Shown here: piece after piece, positions 1 to 9,476 of the stretch | Numbering within the stretch: position 1 is the stretch's first letter | Layout: each line of letters opens with the position of its first letter | Program-made: the position numbers and the translations under genes | DNA from: Candidatus Ozemobacteraceae bacterium | GTDB taxonomy: Bacteria > Muiribacteriota > Ozemobacteria > Ozemobacterales > Ozemobacteraceae | Length of the DNA stretch: 64,000 nucleotides | Assembly: GCA_965140445.1 (NCBI GenBank) | Contig: OZ223236.1 | Span: 2,688,001-2,752,000 of the forward strand | Direction: 5' to 3' | Notes under the pieces: generated by a model | Database searches by the model: none | What the model was told of the DNA's origin: nothing | The model's input: the letters and a program-made list of their open reading frames with translations, nothing else

Positions 1-347
1 TAATGGCAAGATTTTGGGTCCCTGAGTATGGAACTGCTGAAAACAAAGAAGACTTTGCCTGGCTGATAAAGTATTCGCCTTACCATAATGTGAAAACAGG
101 AACCAGGTATCCCAGTACTTTTATTTTTACTGCAGAAAACGATACCAGGGTCCATCCAATGCATGCACGTAAAATGGCGGCTTTATTGCAGGATTCTACT
201 TCTGCAGATCCTGATGATGCACCAATCTTACTATCTGTTGATAGATTGTCGGGGCATGGTATGGGCAAACCTCTCAATCTTGTTCTAGAAGAAACATTAG
301 ATATCTGGACCTTTTTAAGATGGCAACTAGGCTTGAAAACAACATGA
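1..347 (+). CDS. Prolyl oligopeptidase (S9A) C-terminal part, 5'-truncated by the window edge
   Basis: W..EYG, YSPYHNV, catalytic Asp in DTRVHPMHARK and catalytic His in GHGMGKP. Confidence 0.9.
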   Translation, partial: MARFWVPEYGTAENKEDFAWLIKYSPYHNVKTGTRYPSTFIFTAENDTRVHPMHARKMAALLQDSTSADPDDAPILLSVDRLSGHGMGKPLNLVLEETLDIWTFLRWQLGLKTT

Positions 348-931
348 TAATTGCTTTTTTTGATTTTGACAAAACAATCACGAGTGAAGATAGTTTTAAA
401 CAGTTTCTTGTTTTTGCGGTGGGTCGCAAAAAATTCTGCATTGGAATTCTTAAAAATTTTTTCACTCTTGTTGGTTACACTCTTGGTTTAATTCCCAACT
501 ATGTTGCCAAAGAAAAACTGTTCTCATACTTTTTTAAAGATCTGAATACGAGCGAACTGGAAGGCATTGCTGAAAGATTTTCCCGGGAAAAGCTCCCAGG
601 CATTGTCAGGTCTTCCGCAATGAAGAAAATCCTATGGCACATGCAGAAAAAGCATCAGGTCGTGGTTGTTTCAGCGTCATTCGAGTTTTATCTGAAATAT
701 TGGTGCAAACAGCATGATCTTGAGATAATTGGCACCAAGATCGAAAAATTAGATGGGAAGGTTACGGGCAGGTTTGCCAGCAAAAATTGTTATGGCCCTG
801 AAAAGGTAAATCGCATCAAGGAGAAGTTTAATCTGTCTGAATTTGAGCGCGTTTATGCTTATGGAGATTCCAGAGGAGACCGTGAAATTTTGGAAATCGC
901 AGATGAGAAGGGTTACAGGATTTTTACCTGA
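344..931 (+). CDS. HAD-IB family hydrolase (phosphoserine phosphatase-like)
   Basis: FFDFDKT motif I, VVSAS motif II, GDSRGD motif IV; ATG at 344 overlaps the upstream TGA (ATGA). Confidence 0.88.
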   Translation: MIIAFFDFDKTITSEDSFKQFLVFAVGRKKFCIGILKNFFTLVGYTLGLIPNYVAKEKLFSYFFKDLNTSELEGIAERFSREKLPGIVRSSAMKKILWHMQKKHQVVVVSASFEFYLKYWCKQHDLEIIGTKIEKLDGKVTGRFASKNCYGPEKVNRIKEKFNLSEFERVYAYGDSRGDREILEIADEKGYRIFT

Positions 932-937
932 AAAAAG

Positions 938-966
938 TTGCAAGAAACGCCTTTAAACTGTAGTTT
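938..966 (+). promoter_or_regulatory. Possible sigma70 promoter of the peptide ABC operon
   Basis: TTGCAA-17 nt-TAGTTT upstream of AGGAG RBS and TTG start at 1021. Confidence 0.35.
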
Positions 967-1020
967 AATTACCCCTGTATGGAATAGAGAAAAATAGAAT
1001 AGAAGGAAAGGAGCTTACAT

Positions 1021-3006
1021 TTGAAAAATATGAAGAGTTTCGGCAGTTGTTTTTTGCTCCTGTTCGTTATGCTTTGTTGTTTCCCAGCGTTGGGAGAAGA
1101 AATCAATGAACAGAAGAGCGCGATCCAGGAAGAAAAAGTTGTGCCGGAGAAAACTGTAGACTCAAGTTCCCAGAAGACTACAAGTGGGGCAACAGTGGTT
1201 TCTGCTCCGGATTTAAGCAATCTCAAAGATGGGATTTCAGCTGAAGTATTAGAGGTGCTTCCTAAGTTAATCTGGAAAGGCCATGATGCATACAAGGGCT
1301 ATGGAAGCCATGAAGCAAAAAAAGGGGGAACTCTTAAGTATGTTTCGCCCAGCTTTCCAGCAACCCTGAGAACAGTGGGCAAAAACTCCGGATCAGGTTT
1401 TAACAGAATGCTTACAAGTCTTTGTTATGAAACACTTCTTGATCTGGACCCGATAACTTATGATTATGCACCTTTATTGGCCAACAAATGGGCGATTGCA
1501 GAAGATAAGGTTTCCTTCTTTTTTCATATTGATGAAAGAGCGAAGTGGTCTGATGGCGTGCCTGTTACCTCAAATGATATGGTAGCTACCTGGGATAAGT
1601 ATGTTGACCCGGGTATTGAAGATCCTTTTAATAATGATTATTACTCAAAATATGAAAGGCCAATAGCGATTACAGACCAGGTTGTAATGATCAAGTCCAA
1701 GAAGCTTAACTGGCGAACCTTTATGTCAGCTGGTTTTTTCGTAATACTTCCTGGACACATTCTTTCAAAAATTTCAGGTGAAGAATTCTTAAAGGAATAT
1801 CAGTTTAAGATGCTTCCTGGTTCTGGGCCATATACTTATGAGAGCTCAAAAACCAATGAAGAAATAATTCTTCGCCGCCGAACAGACTGGTGGCAGAAAG
1901 ACTTTGAAAGAACTATCGGTTACAACAATTTTGATAAGCTCCATTATTTGTTTATTTCTGATGAAAATCTTGTAAAAGAAAAATTTAAAAAAGGCGAGTT
2001 GGATTGGCTGCATGTGCTTGTTGCACGAGAGTGGCACCAGGAATTTATTCCTGCGATGATGCCTCAAATAGCAAAAGGCTGGATCCAAAAGCGAAAAGTT
2101 TATACTCATCAACCTTGTGGGACTCAAGGAATTGCTTTTAACATGAGAAAGCCACCTTTTGATGATATCAGGATTCGTAAAGCTATTGCATACTTGTTCA
2201 ATCGAGAAAAAATGATGGATAAGCTTTTTTTTAATGAATATGAATTTTTGGACAGTTTTTATCCAAATTCACCTTATGAGAATCCTGATAACCCAAAGAT
2301 AAGGTACAATCCAGATAAAGCTGTTGAACTTCTTGAAGAAGCAGGATGGTTACAGGCAAACCGTGATTCTGATGGCTGGTTGGTAAAAGATGGGAAAAGG
2401 TTTGAGGTAACTCTGAATTTTGTTTCAAAAGGTTCTGAAAGATTTATGACGGTTTTTCAGGAAGACCTTCGCGATGTTGGAATAAAATTGAATCTCAAAC
2501 AGGTGACCTGGGCAACTGATATTAAAGAAGTTGGCGAAAGAAATTTCCAGATGAATTCAAGAGCTTATGGGGCAATTCTATTTCCTAATCCTGAAAGTTC
2601 AATGCATTCAAAATTTGCAGATAAACCAAATAACAACAATATCTGGGGACTAAAAAACGACAGAATAGATGAGATTTGCGCAAGCTACACGTTAATGTTT
2701 GACCCAAAAGAAAGAATTGAAGCTGTAAAGGAAATAGATGGTATTGCAGCTAAGATGCACCTTTATGCCTTGGGTTGGTTTTCTCCTCATACCAGAATTC
2801 TATATTGGAATAAATTTGGCATGCCTCCTGGAATAATGTCTAAAATTAGCGATGAAAGATCCATTGCTTCTCTCTGGTGGTATGACGAAGAGAAAGATAA
2901 GGCGTTAAAAGAAGCTATGAAAAATGACACAAAACTTCCGCGTGGCAAAGAAGTTGTTAAATGGTGGGACGAAAACTACCCGCAGAAGGACTTAGAGGTT
3001 AAATAG
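1021..3006 (+). CDS. Peptide ABC transporter substrate-binding protein, family 5 (YejA/OppA-like)
   Basis: Signal peptide; KKGGTL, YETLL, PLLA..W, AKWSDGVPVT, GSGPY, PPFDDIRIRKAI motifs. Confidence 0.92.
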   Translation: MKNMKSFGSCFLLLFVMLCCFPALGEEINEQKSAIQEEKVVPEKTVDSSSQKTTSGATVVSAPDLSNLKDGISAEVLEVLPKLIWKGHDAYKGYGSHEAKKGGTLKYVSPSFPATLRTVGKNSGSGFNRMLTSLCYETLLDLDPITYDYAPLLANKWAIAEDKVSFFFHIDERAKWSDGVPVTSNDMVATWDKYVDPGIEDPFNNDYYSKYERPIAITDQVVMIKSKKLNWRTFMSAGFFVILPGHILSKISGEEFLKEYQFKMLPGSGPYTYESSKTNEEIILRRRTDWWQKDFERTIGYNNFDKLHYLFISDENLVKEKFKKGELDWLHVLVAREWHQEFIPAMMPQIAKGWIQKRKVYTHQPCGTQGIAFNMRKPPFDDIRIRKAIAYLFNREKMMDKLFFNEYEFLDSFYPNSPYENPDNPKIRYNPDKAVELLEEAGWLQANRDSDGWLVKDGKRFEVTLNFVSKGSERFMTVFQEDLRDVGIKLNLKQVTWATDIKEVGERNFQMNSRAYGAILFPNPESSMHSKFADKPNNNNIWGLKNDRIDEICASYTLMFDPKERIEAVKEIDGIAAKMHLYALGWFSPHTRILYWNKFGMPPGIMSKISDERSIASLWWYDEEKDKALKEAMKNDTKLPRGKEVVKWWDENYPQKDLEVK

Positions 3007-3007
3007 C

Positions 3008-4225
3008 ATGTTTAGTTACTTTATAAGACGATTTCTTTTAATCATTCCAACTTTTATAGGAATTACCTTCCTTTGCTTTACAGTTACCAGATTTGTTCCT
3101 GGTGGACCAGTTGAGCAGGCAGTGCTCAGATATCAGCAGGCCGCTTCTCAAAATGGTGAAGGTGGCGGTGGAGGTTCTTCAGCCGTAGATGAACAGGGAC
3201 AGATCTCACCAGAAATGATGGAAAAGCTTAAAGCAATTTATGGTTTTGATAAGCCATTTTATGTTGCATATGCTCATTGGTTTTGGAGAGTATTACATTT
3301 GGATTTAGGTGAATCAGATACCTATGCAAGGCCAGTTTGGGATTTAGTTACAGAGCGGTTTCCAATTTCAATCTGGTTTGGGCTAACTGGCTTTTTGCTG
3401 TCATATAGTATTTGTATCCCGCTTGGGGTCTGGAAAGCAGTTAAGCATGGCTCTATATTTGATACGGGAAGTTCGATTATGGTGTTTATTGCCTATTCGA
3501 TTCCTGGCTGGACCGCCGGTGTTTTACTACTGATGCTTCTTGGGGGAGGTTCCTACTGGAATGTTTTCCCACTGGGAGGTATTCATAGCGCAACCATTAC
3601 TCAAGAATCTTCATTAGCAAGCCATTTGCAGCAGGGGGCAATGGTTAACGATCTGGCAGAAGAGGTAAGAAAACAGTATCCAAAACTTCGTGCCGGCAGC
3701 TACATCAATAGTGAACATCCTGCATTTGCTTCTGTTCCAGCAGATAAGAGAATTCAGTTGAAGCAGGGTGAATATAAAGATCTTTCCACGGTTGGAAAAT
3801 TTCTGGATAAAGCAAACCACATGGTTTTACCTGTTTTTTGTTATGTTCTCGGCATGTTTGCATCAATGACTGTCTTGATGAAAAACTCTCTAATGGAGAA
3901 TCTTGGACAGGATTATGTCAGAACTGCATTTGCCAAAGGACTTTCTGAGAAAACCGTTATTTTTAAACATGCATTAAGGAACTCGCTGATTCCAATTGCA
4001 ACAGGATTGGGCCATATGCTCTCCTTTATCCTTGCAGGATCGTACCTTATTGAAAAAGTTTTCAATATTAATGGATTTGGCTTGCTTGGCTATGAATCTT
4101 TGATCGCCAGAGATTACCCCGTTACGCTGGGTATTCTGGTTATTGGTTCATTGCTAAAACTTTTCGGAAACATCTTTTCCGATATCCTCTACTGCATTAT
4201 TGACCCAAGGATCAGATTCTCATGA
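3008..4225 (+). CDS. Peptide ABC transporter permease (YejB/OppB-like)
   Basis: YFIRRFLLIIPTF, PGGPVEQA, EAA-type loop DYVRTAFAKGL, terminal DPRIRF. Confidence 0.93.
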   Translation: MFSYFIRRFLLIIPTFIGITFLCFTVTRFVPGGPVEQAVLRYQQAASQNGEGGGGGSSAVDEQGQISPEMMEKLKAIYGFDKPFYVAYAHWFWRVLHLDLGESDTYARPVWDLVTERFPISIWFGLTGFLLSYSICIPLGVWKAVKHGSIFDTGSSIMVFIAYSIPGWTAGVLLLMLLGGGSYWNVFPLGGIHSATITQESSLASHLQQGAMVNDLAEEVRKQYPKLRAGSYINSEHPAFASVPADKRIQLKQGEYKDLSTVGKFLDKANHMVLPVFCYVLGMFASMTVLMKNSLMENLGQDYVRTAFAKGLSEKTVIFKHALRNSLIPIATGLGHMLSFILAGSYLIEKVFNINGFGLLGYESLIARDYPVTLGILVIGSLLKLFGNIFSDILYCIIDPRIRFS

Positions 4226-5748
4226 GTGATTTCATAAAAAAATATTTAAATGTTATTAGAGTAACTGGTTTAATCGTTTTCTGGATTTCTTTATACAGCT
4301 TAGGCGTAGGGATTCAGGATTCAACTGCAATTGGCGCGGAAGCTGGTTCCGGTTTATTAGGAAAACTGGTGAAAACAGGGATTTTGGCTTTTGTTGCTGC
4401 CATGATTTTTCCTGCATTCTTATCAGCACTTGAGTCTTTTTACATGTTCTTTTCAAGCCCTATTTTTGCTAAAAGATGGAAGAAGTTTAAAAGCCTAAAG
4501 CGTGGTTACTACGCTTTTATAATTGTTATTGTGCTTTTCGGGCTTTCATTTTTCAGCGAATTTTTAATCAATAATAGAGCGATAATTGTGAAATACCAGG
4601 GTGAGTATCATTTTACTCTCAAGGGATTCATAAGTGCCCGAAAGTTTGGAATGAAGGGATACGGATTACCAAATTATCGTTTATTGAAGCAGGTATATGA
4701 AACGCGTAACAAAGAACGAAATGAACGAATTAAATCCAATACCGCAACTGAAGAAGACAAAAAGTATTCTTCATGGGGTGATGACTGGGTTTTATTGCCA
4801 CTTTATCCGTTTGGACCACTCGAGTCCTTACTTGATGAATTGCCTTGTCGACCACCACATCCTCCTGGATGGGCAACCAACCAGTGGCGAAAAGCTTTCT
4901 TCTATGAATCGTTGTATAAATTTCCTGAAGAAATTCCAACTAAAGAAGATTTGATAAATAAATACAAAAGACCGGACCTGGTTGGCAAGCCTCAGGTTGA
5001 AATGCTAAAAGACCTTGCACTATCAGGGGCATTTGAATTGAAAGACGGTGTTTCCTTCCCCAATAAATGGAACCACCTTCTTGGAACAGACGATCGAGGC
5101 CGTGATGTGTTTGCCCGAATGGTTTACGGGTTTAGAACTTCGGTATCATTTGCGCTTCTCGTTACATTGTTTTGTTACATGATTGGTATCGCAATCGGAG
5201 CATTACTTGGTTTCTACGGTGGCTTGTTCGATATTATCGTGCAGCGTGTTGTTGAAATCTGGTCAGCCATGCCGTTCCTTTATACGGTTATGATTTTTGC
5301 CGCAATAATGATTCCAAACTTCTGGATGTTGGTCGGAATACTTGTGCTCTTTAAATGGATGGGTATGACTTACTACATAAGAGGTGAGTTCTTACGCGAA
5401 AAATCAAAAGACTATGTTGCTGCTGCAAGAGCCATTGGTTGTACTGATGGGGCGATAATTTTCAAACATATTCTTCCTAATGCACTAACTCCGGTAATCT
5501 CATTTGCTCCTTTTGCTGTAGTTGCTAACATTGGAGCTTTGGTTTCACTGGATTTCCTTGGATTCGGACTTCCTGCGCCAACTCCATCATGGGGCGAACT
5601 TCTGGGGCAAGGGCTTAGCAATCTAACTAAGCCATGGCTGATTTTGTCTCCAACAACGGCAATGTTTCTGACTCTTCTTCTTGTATCGTTTATCGGTGAA
5701 GCTATTCGTGAAGCTTTTGACCCGAAACAATACTCAAGATTGAGATAA
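4222..5748 (+). CDS. Peptide ABC transporter permease (YejE/OppC-like)
   Basis: HLLGTDDRGRDVFAR, DYVAAARAIG, PTPSWGELL, EAFDPK. Confidence 0.93.
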   Translation: MSDFIKKYLNVIRVTGLIVFWISLYSLGVGIQDSTAIGAEAGSGLLGKLVKTGILAFVAAMIFPAFLSALESFYMFFSSPIFAKRWKKFKSLKRGYYAFIIVIVLFGLSFFSEFLINNRAIIVKYQGEYHFTLKGFISARKFGMKGYGLPNYRLLKQVYETRNKERNERIKSNTATEEDKKYSSWGDDWVLLPLYPFGPLESLLDELPCRPPHPPGWATNQWRKAFFYESLYKFPEEIPTKEDLINKYKRPDLVGKPQVEMLKDLALSGAFELKDGVSFPNKWNHLLGTDDRGRDVFARMVYGFRTSVSFALLVTLFCYMIGIAIGALLGFYGGLFDIIVQRVVEIWSAMPFLYTVMIFAAIMIPNFWMLVGILVLFKWMGMTYYIRGEFLREKSKDYVAAARAIGCTDGAIIFKHILPNALTPVISFAPFAVVANIGALVSLDFLGFGLPAPTPSWGELLGQGLSNLTKPWLILSPTTAMFLTLLLVSFIGEAIREAFDPKQYSRLR

Positions 5749-5765
5749 TCGGAAGGAGAATCAAT

Positions 5766-6782
5766 ATGCAAAAAGAACTACTAAGAGTAGAAAACCTTAA
5801 AACTTACTTCCGAACTGAGGCTGGCGTAGCTAAAGCAGTCGATGGCGTAGACTTCACAATTTTCGAGAATGAGGTTCTTGGAATTGTTGGAGAATCTGGG
5901 TCAGGTAAATCAGTGACTTCTTTGTCGCTTATGCAGCTGATTCCTAATCCTCCAGGTGAGATTGTGGATGGAAAAATTTTCTTTAAGGGCACAGACTTAC
6001 TTGAAGCCTATAAAAAGAAAGACTACGACGCAATTAGAAAGATCAGGGGAAATGAGATTTCCATGATCTTTCAGGAGCCAATGACCAGCTTAAATCCTGT
6101 TTTTACAGTTGGCGATCAGATTGCTGAAGCTTTGATTTTGCATCAGGGTTTAAACAATGCTGAAGCTCTTGATAAAGCCGCTGAAATGCTGGATCTTGTC
6201 GGAATTCCTTCTGCAAGACAGAGGTTGTCAGAGTATCCGCATCAATTTTCGGGGGGAATGCGCCAAAGGGTTATGATTGCTATGGCCCTTGCTTGTAACC
6301 CATCGCTACTGATTGCCGATGAGCCTACAACCGCATTAGATGTAACTATTCAAGCTCAGATTCTTGAGTTGATGATCAACGTAAAAGAAAAAACAAAGAA
6401 TGCTGCGATTCTTCTTATTACTCATGATATGGCGGTAGTCGCTGAGACCTGCCAACGCGTTGTAGTAATGTATTGCGGAAAGATTCAGGAAATTGCAGAT
6501 GTTAAGACCATCTTCAATAATCCACAGCACCCTTATACTCAAGGTTTGCTAGCTTCATTGCCTAAACCAGGAGAAAAGGTTCATAGATTGAGCACTATTG
6601 AAGGAATGGTTCCATCGTTATTCAATTTGCCCAAAGGATGCAGTTTCTGCACAAGATGCCCAAAGAAGCTTGATAAGTGTGATACAGTGATGCCGGAAAT
6701 GGTTGAAGTTGCACCAGGACATACAGTTAGATGTCATCTTGTTAAACCGATGAAAAATGTAAGCGAAGGAGGGGAAGAATAA
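5766..6782 (+). CDS. oppD: Oligopeptide ABC transporter ATP-binding protein
   Basis: Walker [27 protein letters not shown]-terminal Cys-rich oligo_HPY region. Confidence 0.93.
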   Translation: MQKELLRVENLKTYFRTEAGVAKAVDGVDFTIFENEVLGIVGESGSGKSVTSLSLMQLIPNPPGEIVDGKIFFKGTDLLEAYKKKDYDAIRKIRGNEISMIFQEPMTSLNPVFTVGDQIAEALILHQGLNNAEALDKAAEMLDLVGIPSARQRLSEYPHQFSGGMRQRVMIAMALACNPSLLIADEPTTALDVTIQAQILELMINVKEKTKNAAILLITHDMAVVAETCQRVVVMYCGKIQEIADVKTIFNNPQHPYTQGLLASLPKPGEKVHRLSTIEGMVPSLFNLPKGCSFCTRCPKKLDKCDTVMPEMVEVAPGHTVRCHLVKPMKNVSEGGEE

Positions 6783-6783
6783 A

Positions 6784-7857
6784 ATGGCAAGAGAAATTAA
6801 AGAACAAAAAACCCTTCTTGAAGTAAATGATCTAAAAATGTATTTCCCTGTTCATGGAGGAGTTTTTAAGACAAAAGTTGCCGACGTTAAGGCTATTGAC
6901 GGTGTTTCCTTTAAGCTTAACGAAGGAGAAACATTGGGATTGGTTGGCGAGTCTGGTTGTGGAAAATCGACTACCGGAAAATGTCTTATAAACCTTTATA
7001 CGCCAACTGATGGGGAGATCTTGTTTCAAACCAACAAGCAGGATAAAATTCCTGAATTTGCTTTGGGCGGGAACCAAAAAGACAGGGTTGATGTTTCAAA
7101 ACTAAGCAACTCTCAGATGCGTCCATTTAGATCAGAAATTCAGATGATTTTTCAGGACCCATATTCATCTTTGAATCCTAGAATGACTGTTAGGGATATA
7201 ATTCGCGAGCCAATTTCAATTCATAATCCTGAAATTGCCCCTTCAGAAATGGACGAAAGAGTTGCGAGACTGATGGAAAAAGTTGGACTGTCAGCAGAGC
7301 AGGCAATGAGATTTCCCCATGAATTTTCTGGAGGACAGCGTCAGAGAATAGGTATTGCCAGAGCTCTGGCTACAAATCCTCGTCTGGTAATTGCTGATGA
7401 ACCGGTATCCGCTCTGGATGTTTCCATTCAGGCCCAGGTAATTAATCTGATGCAGGATTTACAGGAAGAATTTGGCTTAACCTACATATTTATTGCTCAT
7501 GATCTTGCTGTTGTGGAGCATATTTCAGATCGTATTGCCGTTATGTATCTTGGCAATATTGTTGAGATTGCAAAATCTGAAGAATTATTCAATGATGCCA
7601 GACATCCATATACCAGGGCTTTGCTTTCAGCAATTCCAAAACCAGATCCAAATGTAAAAAAGGAAAAACGCATCGTTCTTGAGGGTGATGTTCCAACTCC
7701 TTTGAACAAGCCGTCTGGTTGTGGATTTAGAACAAGATGCCCCATTGCGAAAGATGAGTGTGCAAAAGATAGACCAGAAATGCTTGAGGTTTCTCCAGGG
7801 CATTTTGTGGCCTGTCCATATTTCAAAGATTATGATAAGAAGCTAAAGTCTTCTTAA
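6784..7857 (+). CDS. oppF: Oligopeptide ABC transporter ATP-binding protein
   Basis: [37 protein letters not shown]. Confidence 0.93.
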   Translation: MAREIKEQKTLLEVNDLKMYFPVHGGVFKTKVADVKAIDGVSFKLNEGETLGLVGESGCGKSTTGKCLINLYTPTDGEILFQTNKQDKIPEFALGGNQKDRVDVSKLSNSQMRPFRSEIQMIFQDPYSSLNPRMTVRDIIREPISIHNPEIAPSEMDERVARLMEKVGLSAEQAMRFPHEFSGGQRQRIGIARALATNPRLVIADEPVSALDVSIQAQVINLMQDLQEEFGLTYIFIAHDLAVVEHISDRIAVMYLGNIVEIAKSEELFNDARHPYTRALLSAIPKPDPNVKKEKRIVLEGDVPTPLNKPSGCGFRTRCPIAKDECAKDRPEMLEVSPGHFVACPYFKDYDKKLKSS

Positions 7858-7882
7858 TGGAGCGATTGTCATTTTGATTAAC

Positions 7883-7921
7883 AAGGGAGCCACTCTTTGC
7901 GGAGTGGTTCCTTTATTTTTT
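7883..7921 (+). terminator. Rho-independent terminator of the ABC operon
   Basis: AAGGGAGCCACTC-loop-GAGTGGTTCCTTT followed by a T-run. Confidence 0.85.
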
Positions 7922-7955
7922 GCCAGACAAGGAATTTTTTAAGCGAGGGAGACGA

Positions 7956-8714
7956 ATGGATTTAAAAGTTTTTAATGCTGCAGATGGCAACCAATCTTTA
8001 AGGCCCCCAGTTATTGAATTTGATAAAGGGCGGGTAAAACTTTTTGATTGTTATTGTGCCCCTGATTTTAATTTCTCTGTTTTTTTTGAGGGCGCAAAAT
8101 TAACTGCCAAAGACTTTTTTGCAAAACTCGGTTTTGCTTTAAAAGACTCTGATTTACCTGAATTTCTGGAAGTTTTTTTCAGTAGAGAGGCTGCTCTTGA
8201 AAGGCTTTGTCCTTTATTTAAAGTTGAATCTTCAGCCTTTCCGGAAGCGTTTGGTGGAGTAGCATTTGAAAAAAATCTATTTCTGACCAGTGAAGGTTTA
8301 TATAGGGATAATTTTACCAGATTGTTTGGTTCAGAACTTTGGCACGAAGATGAATTTCTAAGGCTTGCTATTCATGAATTAATTCATGCGGGCCATGCGG
8401 TTATAGCAAAAAGGTTATATGGAACAGAAGACGGAATGGGGCCTGTCTGGTTTTTTGAGGGGCTTGCAGTAACTGGCTCCAACCAGTTTGTTTCAACTGA
8501 TGATTCAGCTATAACTTCCCAGCCGTTAACCGAACTTGAGATTCGAAATTTTGAAATCGCAGTTAATAATAGAACAATTGAAAAGCCAGTTTATCCAAAA
8601 TTTGGAGCATTTTACCGCAGATTGTTACAAAAAATTGATCAGAAATGGCTTATTGAAAATGCCGGAAAAGAAAACTTTCTTGAATTAGTCATTAAAAAGT
8701 ATATTGAAGAATAA
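7956..8714 (+). CDS. Putative gluzincin (peptidase MA-like) protein
   Basis: HELIH zinc motif with downstream WFFEGLA third-ligand motif; ATG 7956 follows GAGGGAG. Confidence 0.65.
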   Translation: MDLKVFNAADGNQSLRPPVIEFDKGRVKLFDCYCAPDFNFSVFFEGAKLTAKDFFAKLGFALKDSDLPEFLEVFFSREAALERLCPLFKVESSAFPEAFGGVAFEKNLFLTSEGLYRDNFTRLFGSELWHEDEFLRLAIHELIHAGHAVIAKRLYGTEDGMGPVWFFEGLAVTGSNQFVSTDDSAITSQPLTELEIRNFEIAVNNRTIEKPVYPKFGAFYRRLLQKIDQKWLIENAGKENFLELVIKKYIEE

Positions 8715-8788
8715 AAGTAATTAAACCTGATTGTTCATTTTTACAGTTTGTTTGTTTATAATAACCAAAAGAGGAAGAGGAGTGAGGT

Positions 8789-9466
8789 TTGTTTTATCTA
8801 AAGTCGAAAGTGTTTTTCTTTTTTACGTTGTTTGCTTTTGTATGCACTATTGGCATTGCTGAAGAATTTCCAAAAGTGGTTGAGGAAAATGAATACTTTC
8901 TTGTGATACCCTCAGCTTCACAGGAAAATACGCCATGCCCTCTTCTGGTTGCTTTTTCACCTTCAGGAAATGGGCGAGGCCTGGTTAAGAACTGGAAAAA
9001 CATTGTTGAAAAAAATGGCTGTTTTCTATTCGCCTCAAAAATTGTTAAGAATGGTATGGATATTCCTTTATATCTCAAAAGAATTAAAAAGCTTATTAAA
9101 ACCAGATTAGCAGAAAAATACAGGATTCAAACTGACAGTATAATTGCTACCGGGGTTTCAGGCGGAGGAATGGCTTCTCATTTGTTTTGTTTCTTTCATC
9201 CAGACATGGTTGCCGGGGTAATATCGACGGTTGGTTACATACATGAGAATAGTCTCAAGAAAAAAGAACAATATCCAAGAGACAAAGTTTGTGTATTTCT
9301 AACCGGGCCAAAAGATTTCAATTATAAGTTAATGAAGGAAGACAAAAAATTCCTTGATAGTCTTAATTGGACAACCAAATGGGAAGAGTTTGCTGGCGGC
9401 CACCGACAAGCTCCTGATGAGCTACTTGATGAAGCCTTAAAGTGGGTTATTGAAAACAAAAAGTAG
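8789..9466 (+). CDS. Secreted alpha/beta-hydrolase (esterase-like)
   Basis: Signal peptide, GVSGG nucleophile elbow, GPKD and GGH acid/His positions. Confidence 0.75.
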   Translation: MFYLKSKVFFFFTLFAFVCTIGIAEEFPKVVEENEYFLVIPSASQENTPCPLLVAFSPSGNGRGLVKNWKNIVEKNGCFLFASKIVKNGMDIPLYLKRIKKLIKTRLAEKYRIQTDSIIATGVSGGGMASHLFCFFHPDMVAGVISTVGYIHENSLKKKEQYPRDKVCVFLTGPKDFNYKLMKEDKKFLDSLNWTTKWEEFAGGHRQAPDELLDEALKWVIENKK

Positions 9467-9476
9467 AAAAAGGGAT

